From positions 7,623 through 71,622 of the forward strand of contig DASPNQ010000209.1 of NCBI GenBank assembly GCA_035626435.1: a stretch of 64,000 nt of DNA, read 5' to 3'. Under the pieces are notes generated by a model. The model made no database searches. It was not told the DNA's origin and worked only from the letters and a program-made list of their open reading frames with translations. The position numbers and the translations under genes are program-made. Shown one piece after another: positions 33,283 to 43,057 of the stretch. The first letter of the stretch is position 1. Every line of letters starts with the position of its first letter. This DNA is from Vicinamibacterales bacterium. GTDB lineage: Bacteria; Acidobacteriota; Vicinamibacteria; Vicinamibacterales; UBA2999.

Positions 33283-33627
33283 TCAGTCCGAGTCCAGAAC
33301 CAGGCCGATTGCCGACACGATTCGCGCCCATTGCTTCTTTTCGGCAGCCAGTTGCTGTCGGCCGGGCGTGGTCAGGCGGTAGAGCTTGACCCGACGGCCG
33401 GCGTCGTTCAGTGACCATTCGCCCGCGATGAAGCCTTCCTGCTCGAGCCGATGGAGAGCGGGGAACAGCGAGCCGGCTTTTACCGCGAACGTCCCTTTGG
33501 TGATTTGCGCGATGCGATCGGCAATGCTGACGCCGTGGCGCGGCTCGAGTTCGAGGGTGCGCAAGATCAGCAGTGCGAGCGTGCCCTTGAGGATTTCGGT
33601 TGGTTGGGTCACGATATCGGTGAACAA
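33283..33627 (-). CDS. PadR-family transcriptional regulator
   Basis: ILKGTLALLILRTLELEPRHGVSIADRI...LFPALHRLEQEGFI...W is the PadR pattern. TTG at 33627 or GTG at 33612 as start. Paired with the downstream ADOP permease. Confidence 0.88.
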   Translation of the reverse strand: MFTDIVTQPTEILKGTLALLILRTLELEPRHGVSIADRIAQITKGTFAVKAGSLFPALHRLEQEGFIAGEWSLNDAGRRVKLYRLTTPGRQQLAAEKKQWARIVSAIGLVLDSD

Positions 33628-33643
33628 TATAGAAAATCTATAT
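33627..33643. promoter_or_regulatory. AT-rich palindrome ATATAG-N5-CTATAT at the PadR start / divergent promoter region
   Basis: Read directly at 33627-33643. On the minus strand, TAGATT (33635-33640) lies 7 nt upstream of the TTG start. Candidate PadR operator and -10 region. Confidence 0.4.
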
Positions 33644-33679
33644 CAAGTCGGCAACTATAAAGTGCGATAGCCTTCGCGA

Positions 33680-34207
33680 ATGCCTTTTCGGGCGATCTTT
33701 GCGGTCGCCGCTCTTCTAACCGTCCCGGCCGCGCTCGCCCAGCAGCCGGCGCGGACACCCGACATTCATTTCACGCCAACCCGCCATCGCGTCGCCGACA
33801 TGATGTTGCAACTGGCCGGCGTCACGGCCGACGACGTGGTCTACGACCTCGGTTCGGGAGACGGCCGCATCGCAATCATCGCTGCGCAAAAGTACGGCGC
33901 GCGCGCTGTCGGCATCGAGATCGATCCGAGATTGGTCGAGCTGTCGTGGCGCACGGCGAACGAGGCCGAAGTCGCGAACAAAGTGAAGTTCATTGTCGGC
34001 GACGTGTTCGAGGCCGACTTCTCCGATGCAACGGTGGTCACGTTGTACCTGTCGACGGCCATGCTCCGCACGATGGAACCACGGTTACGTGCGCTCAAGA
34101 AAGGCACGCGGATCGTGTCTCACCAGTTTGGCATCGCGGGCTGGCCCCCCGATCGGCAAATCACCGTGGATGGATCGACGTTGATGCTCTGGACGGTGCG
34201 CCAGTAG
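33680..34207 (+). CDS. signal-peptide-bearing class I SAM-dependent methyltransferase-like protein
   Basis: MPFRAIFAVAALLTVPAALAQQ is a signal peptide. Motif I is VYDLGSGDGR, followed by GIEIDPRLV and FIVGDVF. Clear paralogue of the core of the 16504-17310 gene. Confidence 0.7.
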   Translation: MPFRAIFAVAALLTVPAALAQQPARTPDIHFTPTRHRVADMMLQLAGVTADDVVYDLGSGDGRIAIIAAQKYGARAVGIEIDPRLVELSWRTANEAEVANKVKFIVGDVFEADFSDATVVTLYLSTAMLRTMEPRLRALKKGTRIVSHQFGIAGWPPDRQITVDGSTLMLWTVRQ

Positions 34208-34227
34208 CGCAGAAAGCGAAACACACC

Positions 34228-36066
34228 ATGTTGGACTTCCGAACCCCGGTCGAAGCCGATTACCCCGACGTCCTCACCGACGCCGCAAAACGCGCGCTCG
34301 AAATTCTGGCGCCGCTCGACGACAGGCGAAAGGCGTTGATGCGCGCACGGCTTCAACGCCGCGCCGATCGCGCAAGAGCCGGACGCCGAATCGACTTCCT
34401 CGATGCGGACGCGACGATCGGCGGAACATCCATCACGGTGCGTGATGCACGGAGGGGAAACTTCACCGGCGGCGAGATTCCTCACGATCTGCGGCGGCAG
34501 TGGATTCAGGGCACCGGGCCGGCGGCGCGACCGGGCGCCTCGACAGAGGTCGGTCTCCGCAACGTGGCGTACGGGCTGTTGAGCGGGGCAGACGGCTGGA
34601 TGTTCGATGGTGAGGACGCGCTCGGTCAGATTTCGACGATGTCGCTCGACAACCAGCGCAATCTCAAGCTCGCGATTCACGGCGACGAGTCGTTCCTGCG
34701 TGTCGCCGAAACCGTCGCTCGCGAGATGAACGCCTGGTCCTCTGGTTTTTTTGGACGCCCGATCGTCACCGACTGGCAACAGCAGCTGGCATTTACCACC
34801 AAGATTTTCCGGGCACGTGGGCTGCATCTCGATGACCGCCACGTCCGCAATCGCGACACGTCCGGTCTCTCCGCTTCGATAGTCGACACCACGCTGTATG
34901 TCGTGAACAACCATCGTCGTCTCCTCGACGAAGGTTCGTCCGTGGTTCTGTACTTGCCAAAGATTCAGACCGCCGAAGAAGCGGCGTTGTGGAACGAGAT
35001 GTTGACGTCGCTCGAGCAGCATTTGGGTCTGCCATCCGGCACCATCAAGGCGTACGTCCTCGTCGAGCAAGTCGAAGCGTGCTTCCAGTTGATGGAGATT
35101 CGCGCGGTTCTCGGGCAGCACTTCGTCGGCTTCAATACGGGACGGTGGGACTACATCAACAGCGTCTCCGATGCGTTGGCGTGGGATCCGACGTTCGTGA
35201 ACCCCAACATCGACGCGATCACCATGACCTACGGCTACATGCGGACCTACGAGGATCGCGTACGGCGGGCCGTCAATACGCCGGATCGCCACGGCAATTA
35301 CGCATTGTGGCAGGGCGGCATGGAGCCGAACATTCCTGTCGGCTCCGAAGCGGGAGTTGCCGCCGGCATGAAGCGTGCGATCGGCGGCGCGGAGCGTGAA
35401 CAACGCGAGGGCGCCAGTGGTAAATGGGTGGCGCACTGGAAGATGGTCCACATCGTCCGTCCGGTATGGGAGAAGGTCGGCGACGCGAACCAGTTAGGGC
35501 GCGCCTTTCCTCCACTCACTTACACCGCCGAGGACGCGGCGGGCCTGTTCCAGCTCGATGACGCGCCCCGCACCATCAGAGGTGCACGCGATCTGATGAG
35601 CGTTGCGCTCCAGTACGGCAACGCGTTTGGCCAGGGTATGCAAGCCGCTGCGCTCAAGCCCGCCGACTTTTTCGGAAACGACGACGTTCTGTATTTGATG
35701 GAGGACATGGCAACCGGCGAAATCCGGCTCAGCATCCTCTGGGAGTGGTTGCATAAAGGCGCGACGCTGGAAGGCACGCCTGTCACCACCGCGTTCGTCA
35801 TGAACCTGCTCGAGGAGGAATACCAAAAGCTGCTGAAAGCCAGCCATCGCGATGTCCACGACAACTCGAAGACGACGACGCTGCCGATTGCGAGGGAAAT
35901 CGTCGAGTGCTATCTGATGGACGATATCAAGCTGCCTTGGTACATCGATCTGCTGAATATCACTCTGGGAAATACTGATTTGAACGAGGCGAAGCGGAGG
36001 ATTCGGCTTTTGGCGGATGCCTTCCGTGAGGACGGCACCCGCCTGACTGCCAATCTGGACTTCTAG
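34228..36066 (+). CDS. malate synthase family protein (A-type-like, long variant)
   Basis: Start taken at MLDFRTPVE (ATG 34228). Motifs align with malate synthase A: MFDGEDA, RARGLHLDD, LYLPKIQTAEEA, YVLVEQVEACFQLMEI, FNTGRWDYINS, GGMEPNIP, GKWVAHW. The tracked ORF from 33946 overlaps the preceding gene and is rejected. Confidence 0.72.
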   Translation: MLDFRTPVEADYPDVLTDAAKRALEILAPLDDRRKALMRARLQRRADRARAGRRIDFLDADATIGGTSITVRDARRGNFTGGEIPHDLRRQWIQGTGPAARPGASTEVGLRNVAYGLLSGADGWMFDGEDALGQISTMSLDNQRNLKLAIHGDESFLRVAETVAREMNAWSSGFFGRPIVTDWQQQLAFTTKIFRARGLHLDDRHVRNRDTSGLSASIVDTTLYVVNNHRRLLDEGSSVVLYLPKIQTAEEAALWNEMLTSLEQHLGLPSGTIKAYVLVEQVEACFQLMEIRAVLGQHFVGFNTGRWDYINSVSDALAWDPTFVNPNIDAITMTYGYMRTYEDRVRRAVNTPDRHGNYALWQGGMEPNIPVGSEAGVAAGMKRAIGGAEREQREGASGKWVAHWKMVHIVRPVWEKVGDANQLGRAFPPLTYTAEDAAGLFQLDDAPRTIRGARDLMSVALQYGNAFGQGMQAAALKPADFFGNDDVLYLMEDMATGEIRLSILWEWLHKGATLEGTPVTTAFVMNLLEEEYQKLLKASHRDVHDNSKTTTLPIAREIVECYLMDDIKLPWYIDLLNITLGNTDLNEAKRRIRLLADAFREDGTRLTANLDF

Positions 36067-36659
36067 TTATTGCTGCTCGTCGTCGCCGCAATCGACGGCG
36101 AGTTGTTCGCCGTCACTGACAGGATGTCAGCCCGTGCTTCACCCTTGGCGCGCAGCGCTTCCGTGCGTGCGTCGATGTCGGGGTTCGACTCGCGGATCGC
36201 TTCTTCGAGCGACTTGCCTTCGGTCAGCACGCGGTGTTTCAGCAGGATGAACGGCACCTTGGTGTTGCGCGACGCGCGCGCCAGGGCGGCAAATTGTTCC
36301 GCATCGGTAAAACCTTCCACCGCGAGAGGCAGCTTGGTGCCGCGCGCCAGAACAGGTTTCATCCGCGCCTGGAATTCAGGCGCCGACACCGGAATGGTCA
36401 TCACCAGCTTGGGTGCCGATTCCGGGGCCGGCGCCTCTGCGGCTGCGCTGCCGGAGGCTGCGCGCGCTACGCGTGCGACGCGCTTGGTTTTGGCAGGCGC
36501 GGCCGGCGCCGCCGGCTCTTCGACAGCCTGGGTCGCAACCGCGGCGGGCTCAGCGGTCTTGACGGCACGCATCTGAGTCATCTCCGCGCCGATCCACGCA
36601 CCGAGCGCGAGTCCGCCCACCAGGCCGAGAGTCGCGGCTGAAGTTTTACCGGTTCTCAT
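36063..36659 (-). CDS. membrane-anchored hypothetical protein (Ala/Pro-rich linker)
   Basis: ATG 36659 lies 6 nt after GGAGG. N-terminal TM segment (AATLGLVGGLALGAWIGA), a low-complexity linker and a conserved-looking C-terminal domain. Its stop overlaps the malate synthase stop (CTAG). Confidence 0.55.
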   Translation of the reverse strand: MRTGKTSAATLGLVGGLALGAWIGAEMTQMRAVKTAEPAAVATQAVEEPAAPAAPAKTKRVARVARAASGSAAAEAPAPESAPKLVMTIPVSAPEFQARMKPVLARGTKLPLAVEGFTDAEQFAALARASRNTKVPFILLKHRVLTEGKSLEEAIRESNPDIDARTEALRAKGEARADILSVTANNSPSIAATTSSNN

Positions 36660-36799
36660 CACTCACCTCCATAGGTCTCACGCCCACACCAGTCCAAGTT
36701 TCGTACCGCGGATTTTCTGAGCGAAATCGCGATCTTCGCCCGATGATCGACGGATTTTTTACACGGTCGCGGATAAGATTGCCGGCGCGAGGTTGTCCA

Positions 36800-37723
36800 A
36801 TGAAGAGCTTCAGAGCCGCCCTTCTCATCGTCCTCGGAGCGCTAACCGTCTCACCAGCGCTTGGCCAACAGGCGAGGCCCGTCGAGACGCGAGTGTGGGC
36901 ACCCAAGCCCGTGACGGTGCCTGGCTACAAAGCACCGCAACAACCCTGGGTCAAACTCGCCGATTTGAAAGCGAAGTACCAAAAGCAGCGCAACTGGCAC
37001 GCGGTCGTCGTCGACGATGGGCGGTTGACCGCTGAGTACTTTTTCGCGGCTCCAGGGACCGTGGTGTCGAGGCGCTTTCATCCCGACACGCGTGAGTGGT
37101 TCGCCGTGGTCGAAGGCGAAATTCGAGTGGACATCGAGGGGCAGGAGCCGTTCGTCGCTACACGCGGCTCGCTGGTGAACATCCCCCGGCAGACGATGTA
37201 TTCACTGCAGACGGTCGGAACGTCGCCGAGTTTGCGATTTGCGGTCAACGTCGCGGGTGCCAAGACTGTTTACCCGCATGATGCAACACTGCCCGCCCCG
37301 CCCCCAGGCATGGCGTGGACTGAGGTTCGCATCAATCGCAACCCGGGCCGCTACGACGAGTTCAACCAGCCGCATTTGAACATTCACGAGGCTGCCGCCA
37401 AGAACGAAAAGTATTCCGGCGGACGTTTTGTGCGCGATGACAAGTCCGAAATGCTGGTGCTGTACGGCCACGAAAAAAACCTGCCGCCGCTGGACCCAAG
37501 CGACAAGGGCCACTTTCACGCAGAGAGCGCGGAGTTCTGGCTGGTGTTCTCAGGAAGGATTCGCTACTCGTTCGAAGGTCAGCAGCCGTTCGTCGCCGTC
37601 GAAGGCGACGTCGTCTACGTGCCGTCGAATACCTGGCATGCGACGCGATACGTCGGTGACAATTCGTGCCGGTTGTCGATTACGGAATACGTCGGCAACG
37701 CGCTGCTGCTGCCGCCTCAATAG
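36800..37723 (+). CDS. exported bicupin protein
   Basis: Start taken at MKSFRAALLIVLGALTVSPALGQQ (ATG 36800, GAGG upstream). Two cupin-like halves (RRFHPDTREWFAVVEGEIRV...GSLVNIPR and GHFHAESAEFWLVFSGRIRY...GDVVYVPSNTWH). Confidence 0.7.
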   Translation: MKSFRAALLIVLGALTVSPALGQQARPVETRVWAPKPVTVPGYKAPQQPWVKLADLKAKYQKQRNWHAVVVDDGRLTAEYFFAAPGTVVSRRFHPDTREWFAVVEGEIRVDIEGQEPFVATRGSLVNIPRQTMYSLQTVGTSPSLRFAVNVAGAKTVYPHDATLPAPPPGMAWTEVRINRNPGRYDEFNQPHLNIHEAAAKNEKYSGGRFVRDDKSEMLVLYGHEKNLPPLDPSDKGHFHAESAEFWLVFSGRIRYSFEGQQPFVAVEGDVVYVPSNTWHATRYVGDNSCRLSITEYVGNALLLPPQ

Positions 37724-37726
37724 GGG

Positions 37727-37752
37727 TGCCAGGGTGTCAAGGCACCCTGGCA
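37727..37752. terminator. perfect 10-bp hairpin between convergent genes
   Basis: TGCCAGGGTG-TCAAGG-CACCCTGGCA lies between the stops at 37723 and 37761. Confidence 0.5.
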
Positions 37753-37760
37753 ACATGACG

Positions 37761-39158
37761 TTACCTGTCGTTCAGGCGCACGGACCGGATCACTCGATCG
37801 AATGCCTGGGAGTAGTAGCCAACCTCGCGCTCCGGCACGACGGTGAGGACGTAGAAGAGATCCCCGTTCGACAGCATCGTGGTGTGCACGTCGACGCGCT
37901 CGCCGCCGCCGAGCGCGGACCGTCCGATCAGCGGCGTGACGATGGCGCGGCGGCCGGACAGCGAGAACTGTTCGGGACCTCCGGCGAGCCGCATCCCGTC
38001 GTTGCTGCGAAGGAATCCTTCAACTAGAGTTTGCGTGGCTTCATTCAAGTCGCGTGACGACGCACGGGCGACGCCGAGCTCGACGCCGTGCGTCAGCGTC
38101 GTCTGGCCTTCATGTTCGCCGTAGGCGTTCTGCGGCACGTACTTGATGGAGCTGTTTGACGTCACCGCCTGCCAGTTCGCTGGAATGCTGGTGGTGAACA
38201 GTTGGCCGCCCTGCACTGTCCGATACTGGCGCGCCGGTGCGGGGACCGGTTCACCGATACGGCCAACTGAAGCCGTCGATCCGCCGCGGCCGCCACCGCC
38301 GCCGTTGCCGCCGCCGCGCTCGAGTTCGGCCATCGTGCGGGCCGGGCCAAGCTGAGCGAGCCGCGACTTCGCCTGCAGGAAACCCTGATCGCTCGGCCTC
38401 GGTCCGATGCGCAGCTGGTTTGCTTCCGCCGTGATGTACTGCGTACGGTTGCCGGGATTGGGGTGGCTGCTCAGCCACTCCGGTCCGCCGCGGCCGCCCT
38501 GTTTTTGAATCGTCTCGAACATGTGCGCGAGGGCGCGCGGGTCGTACCCGGCACGCGCCATGATCTGCGCGCCGACCAGGTCCGCCTGTTTCTCGTACTC
38601 ACGGCTGTACTTCATCAGCCAGGTGCCGAGCCCGAACTGCGAGCCCTGCGCAATCACGTTGCCCCAGCCGCCGCCGATAATCGCGCCGGCGATCGCGCCG
38701 GCAATCGCGCCTATCTGAGCGCCCTGCTGTTTGCTGGCGTTCGCGGTGCCGTGCCGGAGCAGCACATGCGCGAGCTCGTGAGCCATCACGCCGGCGACTT
38801 CGGCCTCGTTGCTGGCGGCTTCGACCATGCCGCGATTGACGAACATCGGCCCGCCTGGCAGCGCGAAGGCGTTGATGTCCTTCAGGTTCACCGGCGTGAA
38901 CGAGTATTCGAACACCGGGTTGTTCAATTCGCGCGGCGCGGCTTCGACGAGGCGATCGCCCAGGCGATCCAGGTACCCGCGAATATGATCGTCGTTGATG
39001 ATCGGATATTGGCTGCGGACTTCCTGAGCCGCTTCGCGGCCAATCTGGACGTCCTGCTGGGGTGTGTACTTGTTTTTGGGCGGCGTCACCTTCGTCTGCG
39101 CGACGACGGTGGTCGCGGTCAGTGTCATGACGAGCGCGAGCCGGCTCAGCAATTTCAT
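37761..39158 (-). CDS. M48-family zinc metallopeptidase, exported
   Basis: ATG 39158 lies 8 nt after GAGGA. Signal peptide MKLLSRLALVMTLTATTVVAQ. HELAHV zinc motif with a downstream E (EYEKQAD). Gly-rich linker and an extra C-terminal domain. Confidence 0.8.
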   Translation of the reverse strand: MKLLSRLALVMTLTATTVVAQTKVTPPKNKYTPQQDVQIGREAAQEVRSQYPIINDDHIRGYLDRLGDRLVEAAPRELNNPVFEYSFTPVNLKDINAFALPGGPMFVNRGMVEAASNEAEVAGVMAHELAHVLLRHGTANASKQQGAQIGAIAGAIAGAIIGGGWGNVIAQGSQFGLGTWLMKYSREYEKQADLVGAQIMARAGYDPRALAHMFETIQKQGGRGGPEWLSSHPNPGNRTQYITAEANQLRIGPRPSDQGFLQAKSRLAQLGPARTMAELERGGGNGGGGGRGGSTASVGRIGEPVPAPARQYRTVQGGQLFTTSIPANWQAVTSNSSIKYVPQNAYGEHEGQTTLTHGVELGVARASSRDLNEATQTLVEGFLRSNDGMRLAGGPEQFSLSGRRAIVTPLIGRSALGGGERVDVHTTMLSNGDLFYVLTVVPEREVGYYSQAFDRVIRSVRLNDR

Positions 39159-39354
39159 AGTCGTAATCCTCGGCGAAATCCGTTTCAAGAAACGCGCCGT
39201 TCCCTAGTGTCCCCATCAGGCAACCGCTTGCTCATGTACGGAAAGATGGACGAGCTGGCTGCGGCGGCGGCTGGGGCGATCTCGGCACCAATACCGGCAC
39301 AACACTTGCTCAGTCTATCGACGGCGCACCGTTCGCGCTTTTGGGGGGTGCAAG

Positions 39355-40203
39355 ATGAAATTCGGTTTGACACTAGGCGCCATGCTGCTGGCAGCGAATG
39401 TTGCGGCGGCGCAGGTGGCCATCGACATGGCCACACTCGAACGGCGCTATGAAGACGCGCAGGCTCAGTACGATCGCAACCCGACGAACATGGATCGTCA
39501 GCAATTGGACGATCTGCGCGACGAGCTGGGCTATCTCCGCATCAAGCAGCGCCGCGGCGAGGTCGTGTCGCGCGCAGAGCGTCAGCGTTTTGCGGACAAT
39601 CTCGATCGGTTCCTGACGCGCAATGCGTCCACTTCAGGGCGCGACCGTAATCAGCGCTACGAGAACCGCGACAATCGCGACAACCGTATTGGTTCGATGC
39701 AGCGGCTGGAGATCCCCGGCGGCAGCGAAGTCGACGTTCGCCTGGTCACGCCGCTCAGTTCCGACACCACGCAGGTGGAGGACCGCGTCGAAGCCACGAC
39801 CCTGATCGACCTGTATCGCGGCAACGAACTGCTGGTGCCGGCCGGTTCGACGCTGCTGGGGTGGGTGACGTCCGTCGATCGCGCGAGCCGTACCGATCGC
39901 AAAGGCGAGTTGACGATCGAGTTCAATCGCCTGCGCATCAACAATCGCACCTACGACGCGCGCGCCTATGTGACGCAGGCACTGGAAAGCGAAGGCATCA
40001 AGGCCGAAGCCGGACGCATCGGCGCCGGCGCGGGTATCGGCGCCATCATCGGCGGCATTCTCGGCGGCACCAAGGGCGCCATTGCAGGCATCCTGATCGG
40101 AGGAGGCGGCGTGATTGCGGCGACCGAGGGCAAGGACGTCCATCTCCCGGAAGGAACCGTGCTTCGTGTTCGCTTTGACAGTTCCGTTCCCCTGGGTTAC
40201 TAA
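39355..40203 (+). CDS. exported hypothetical protein with C-terminal glycine-zipper segment
   Basis: Signal peptide MKFGLTLGAMLLAANVAAAQ and a charged coiled region. The C-terminal segment GAGAGIGAIIGGILGGTKGAIAGILIGGGG is a glycine zipper. Confidence 0.55.
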   Translation: MKFGLTLGAMLLAANVAAAQVAIDMATLERRYEDAQAQYDRNPTNMDRQQLDDLRDELGYLRIKQRRGEVVSRAERQRFADNLDRFLTRNASTSGRDRNQRYENRDNRDNRIGSMQRLEIPGGSEVDVRLVTPLSSDTTQVEDRVEATTLIDLYRGNELLVPAGSTLLGWVTSVDRASRTDRKGELTIEFNRLRINNRTYDARAYVTQALESEGIKAEAGRIGAGAGIGAIIGGILGGTKGAIAGILIGGGGVIAATEGKDVHLPEGTVLRVRFDSSVPLGY

Positions 40204-40264
40204 CACAGAGGACGCAGAACCCGTTGACGGCGGGGCCCTCGCGGGCCCCGCTCTGTCGTCCTCG

Positions 40265-41359
40265 ATGCAGATGGCTGCTACTCCGACAGAGCTACTCAGC
40301 GCCCGGCTTCACCATCAACAACTCATCGACCCGAAGCGGCGCCAACCGGCGGAAGTCGTGTCGCTGTTGTGCGCCGTGCAGGCACAGGACTATCCGGCGG
40401 CGAAATGGGCGATCGGCTTGCGGTCCGCCGGCTGCCAGGATCCTGACGTGGAGCAGGCGTTCAACGACGGCCTGATCCTGCGCACGCACGTGTTGCGCCC
40501 GACCTGGCACTTCGTCACGCCGAACGACATTCGATGGCTGCTGGCGCTCAGCGCGCCGCGTATCCACGCGGCGAACGCGTATTACTACCGGCAGTCCGAG
40601 CTGGACGCAAAGACTTTTGCCAAAAGCTGCGCGATGCTGCACCGCACGCTCGAAGGCGGCAAAACGCTGACGCGCGCGGAACTCGCCGTCTATCTGGAAC
40701 GCGCCAAAGTGCCGGCGGCCGGATTGAAACTGGCCTACATCATGATGCACGCCGAGCTCGAAGGCGTCATCTGCAGCGGGCCGCGGCGCGGCAAGCAGTT
40801 CACCTATGCGCTGTTGGACGAGCGGGCGCCAGACGCACGGACGCTCGATCGTCAGGAAGCGCTGAGCGAGCTGGCGCGGCGCTATTTCGCGAGTCACGGG
40901 CCCGCGACCGTGCGCGACTTTGCGTGGTGGGCCGGGTTGACGATCAAAGAAGCGCAGCAGGGCGTCGAGTCGAACGGCAAGATGCTGGAGCCGACAACGA
41001 TTGACGGTCGCGTCTACTGGACGGCGGAAGGTACCAACGGATCGTCAACCCGCAGTTCGGGTGCGCTGCTGCTGCCAAACTACGACGAATACCTGATCGC
41101 CTACCGCGATCGTACCCCGGTCGTCGACAGCGCGCGCGCCGCGAACATTGTCGCTCGCAGCAACGGCGCGTTCGCGAACCACCTTGTGCTGGATGGCCGT
41201 CTCGCCGGCAGCTGGTCGCGCACCCTCAAAGCCGGCTCCGTGCTGATCGAAGTGGCGCCATACATCAAGCTCAATGCCGCGCAGACGCGCGCCGTTAGGG
41301 CAGCCGCCGACTGTTACGGCGAGTTCCTCGGCCTGCCTGCGACGCTGTCCCTCGTATAA
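40265..41359 (+). CDS. YcaQ/AlkZ-family winged-helix DNA glycosylase-like protein (DUF1006)
   Basis: Start taken at MQMAATPTELL (ATG 40265). LLCAVQAQDYPAAKWAIGLRS and LRTHVLRPTWHFV match the family pattern. Confidence 0.72.
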   Translation: MQMAATPTELLSARLHHQQLIDPKRRQPAEVVSLLCAVQAQDYPAAKWAIGLRSAGCQDPDVEQAFNDGLILRTHVLRPTWHFVTPNDIRWLLALSAPRIHAANAYYYRQSELDAKTFAKSCAMLHRTLEGGKTLTRAELAVYLERAKVPAAGLKLAYIMMHAELEGVICSGPRRGKQFTYALLDERAPDARTLDRQEALSELARRYFASHGPATVRDFAWWAGLTIKEAQQGVESNGKMLEPTTIDGRVYWTAEGTNGSSTRSSGALLLPNYDEYLIAYRDRTPVVDSARAANIVARSNGAFANHLVLDGRLAGSWSRTLKAGSVLIEVAPYIKLNAAQTRAVRAAADCYGEFLGLPATLSLV

Positions 41360-41407
41360 AATCGTCCGTCTGGGCTGCCGGGGATGCAGCCGGCGGAGAC
41401 CGTATCT

Positions 41408-42631
41408 ATGAAATTTACGAAGATTGTCACGGCGCTCGTGGTCGCGGCTGCGACTGCGGACCCCGCAAACGCGCAAGCGCCCGTCGACCCACGCCCCGCG
41501 AACAATCCTGCGCAGCAACCGGCGTTTGCCGGGCAGACCGATGCGCCCGAACAGAAGCTCGGCGTCGCCTTCGATGTGACGACCGTGGTCGAGGGGCTCC
41601 AGAACCCATGGAGCGTGGCCTTCCTGCCGGGCGGCAAGATGTTGATCACCGAGCGGCCTGGGCGCCTGCGCGTTGCCGGTGCCGACGGCAAGCTGTCGGA
41701 GCCCGTCGCCGGACTACCGCCCGTTGCCGCACGCGGACAGGGCGGCCTGCTCGATGTCGTACTCGATCCGGCGTTCGCAAAATCGAGCCTGATCTACTGG
41801 AGCTACGCCGAACCTCGCGAGAACAACGAGAACAACACGGCCGTTGCTCGCGGGAGGTTTGTCGACGACGCGGCGGCGCCGCGGGTCGAGGACGTGCAGG
41901 TGATCTATCGCCAGACCCCCTCGATGGCGTCGCCGCTGCATTTTGGCAGCCGGCTTGTTTTCGGTCGCGACGGCACCTTGTTTGTGACGCAGGGCGATCG
42001 ATCAATCATCCCCGGACGCATGCAGTCTCAAAAGCTCGATAGCGGCATCGGCAAGATCGTCCGCATCAATCCCGACGGCTCGATCCCGAAAGACAACCCC
42101 TTCGTCGGCAAGGCGGGCGCGCGGCCCGAGATCTGGTCGTACGGACATCGCAACATCCAGGCTGCCGCGTTGAACCCGGCGACGGGCGAGCTGTGGGAGG
42201 TCGAGCACGGCACGCGAGGCGGTGACGAGTTGAACATCGCGCGCAAAGGCAGGGACTACGGCTGGCCGACGATCGCCTACGGCATCGAGTACCAAGGCGG
42301 CCAAATCACCGGTGGCATCCAGCAGCAGGCGGGGATGGAGCAGCCGATTTACTACTGGGATCCAGTGATTGGTCCGAGCGGCATGGCGTTCTACACCGGC
42401 AGCCAGTTTCCGCAGTGGAAGGGCAGCGTGTTCATCGGCGGTCATGCCACCAACGATCTCGTGCGCCTGACGGTTGACGGTGAGAAGGTCACCGGCGAAG
42501 AGCGGCTGCTGAAGGACCTGCAGCCGAAGCCGGAGCGGATCCGCGACGTCCGACAGGGCCCGGACGGAGCGCTCTACGTGCTGACCGACGGTTCGGCGGC
42601 CAGACTGCTCAAACTGACGCCGAAAAAGTAA
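41408..42631 (+). CDS. PQQ-dependent sugar dehydrogenase (soluble aldose dehydrogenase family)
   Basis: Signal peptide [83 protein letters not shown] and [33 protein letters not shown]...GRDYGWP match the GSDH beta-propeller family. Confidence 0.85.
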   Translation: MKFTKIVTALVVAAATADPANAQAPVDPRPANNPAQQPAFAGQTDAPEQKLGVAFDVTTVVEGLQNPWSVAFLPGGKMLITERPGRLRVAGADGKLSEPVAGLPPVAARGQGGLLDVVLDPAFAKSSLIYWSYAEPRENNENNTAVARGRFVDDAAAPRVEDVQVIYRQTPSMASPLHFGSRLVFGRDGTLFVTQGDRSIIPGRMQSQKLDSGIGKIVRINPDGSIPKDNPFVGKAGARPEIWSYGHRNIQAAALNPATGELWEVEHGTRGGDELNIARKGRDYGWPTIAYGIEYQGGQITGGIQQQAGMEQPIYYWDPVIGPSGMAFYTGSQFPQWKGSVFIGGHATNDLVRLTVDGEKVTGEERLLKDLQPKPERIRDVRQGPDGALYVLTDGSAARLLKLTPKK

Positions 42632-42636
42632 CGAGC

Positions 42637-42972
42637 CTACTTTCTGGGACCGGTGTCGACCTTACCGCTCAGCGCGGCACCATCCTCCATCACGAACGTC
42701 GGCGCCGTCACGTCGCCCAGTACTTCGGCGGTGCTTTTCAATTCCACCTTCGCGGAACCGATGACGCTGCCGTGGACCTTGCCGCTGATGGTCACGGTCC
42801 TGGCGACGAGATTGGCGACCACGGTCGCCGTGTTGCCGATCGTGAGATTGTGATCGCCGATCTCGATGGTGCCTTGCACCTGCCCGTCGATCTGCAGATC
42901 TCCCTTCGAGACCACGTCGCCTCTGACCAGCACCGAGCCGCCGATCCACGCCGAGCGCCGCCGTTCTTCCAT
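42637..42972 (-). CDS. bactofilin family protein
   Basis: ATG 42972 lies 9 nt after GGAGGAG. Beta-helical repeat pattern (IGGSVLVRGDVVSKGDLQIDGQVQGTIEIGDHNLTIGNTATVVANLVARTVTISGKVHGSVIGS..VELKSTAEVLGDV) is typical of DUF583/bactofilin. Confidence 0.8.
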   Translation of the reverse strand: MEERRRSAWIGGSVLVRGDVVSKGDLQIDGQVQGTIEIGDHNLTIGNTATVVANLVARTVTISGKVHGSVIGSAKVELKSTAEVLGDVTAPTFVMEDGAALSGKVDTGPRK

Positions 42973-43057
42973 GGGTGTCGTCTCCTCCGCCGATCGCGGC
43001 ACGACGGCCGCGTCACTCCGGACAGGTCGCTCACAATCTCCGACGAATAGTACGCGA

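Noticed and set aside
33946-34227. 5' extension of the malate-synthase-like ORF (706-aa version)
   Set aside because: It overlaps the well-supported methyltransferase-like gene in another frame and is Arg-rich nonsense. Homology starts at the Met at 34228.
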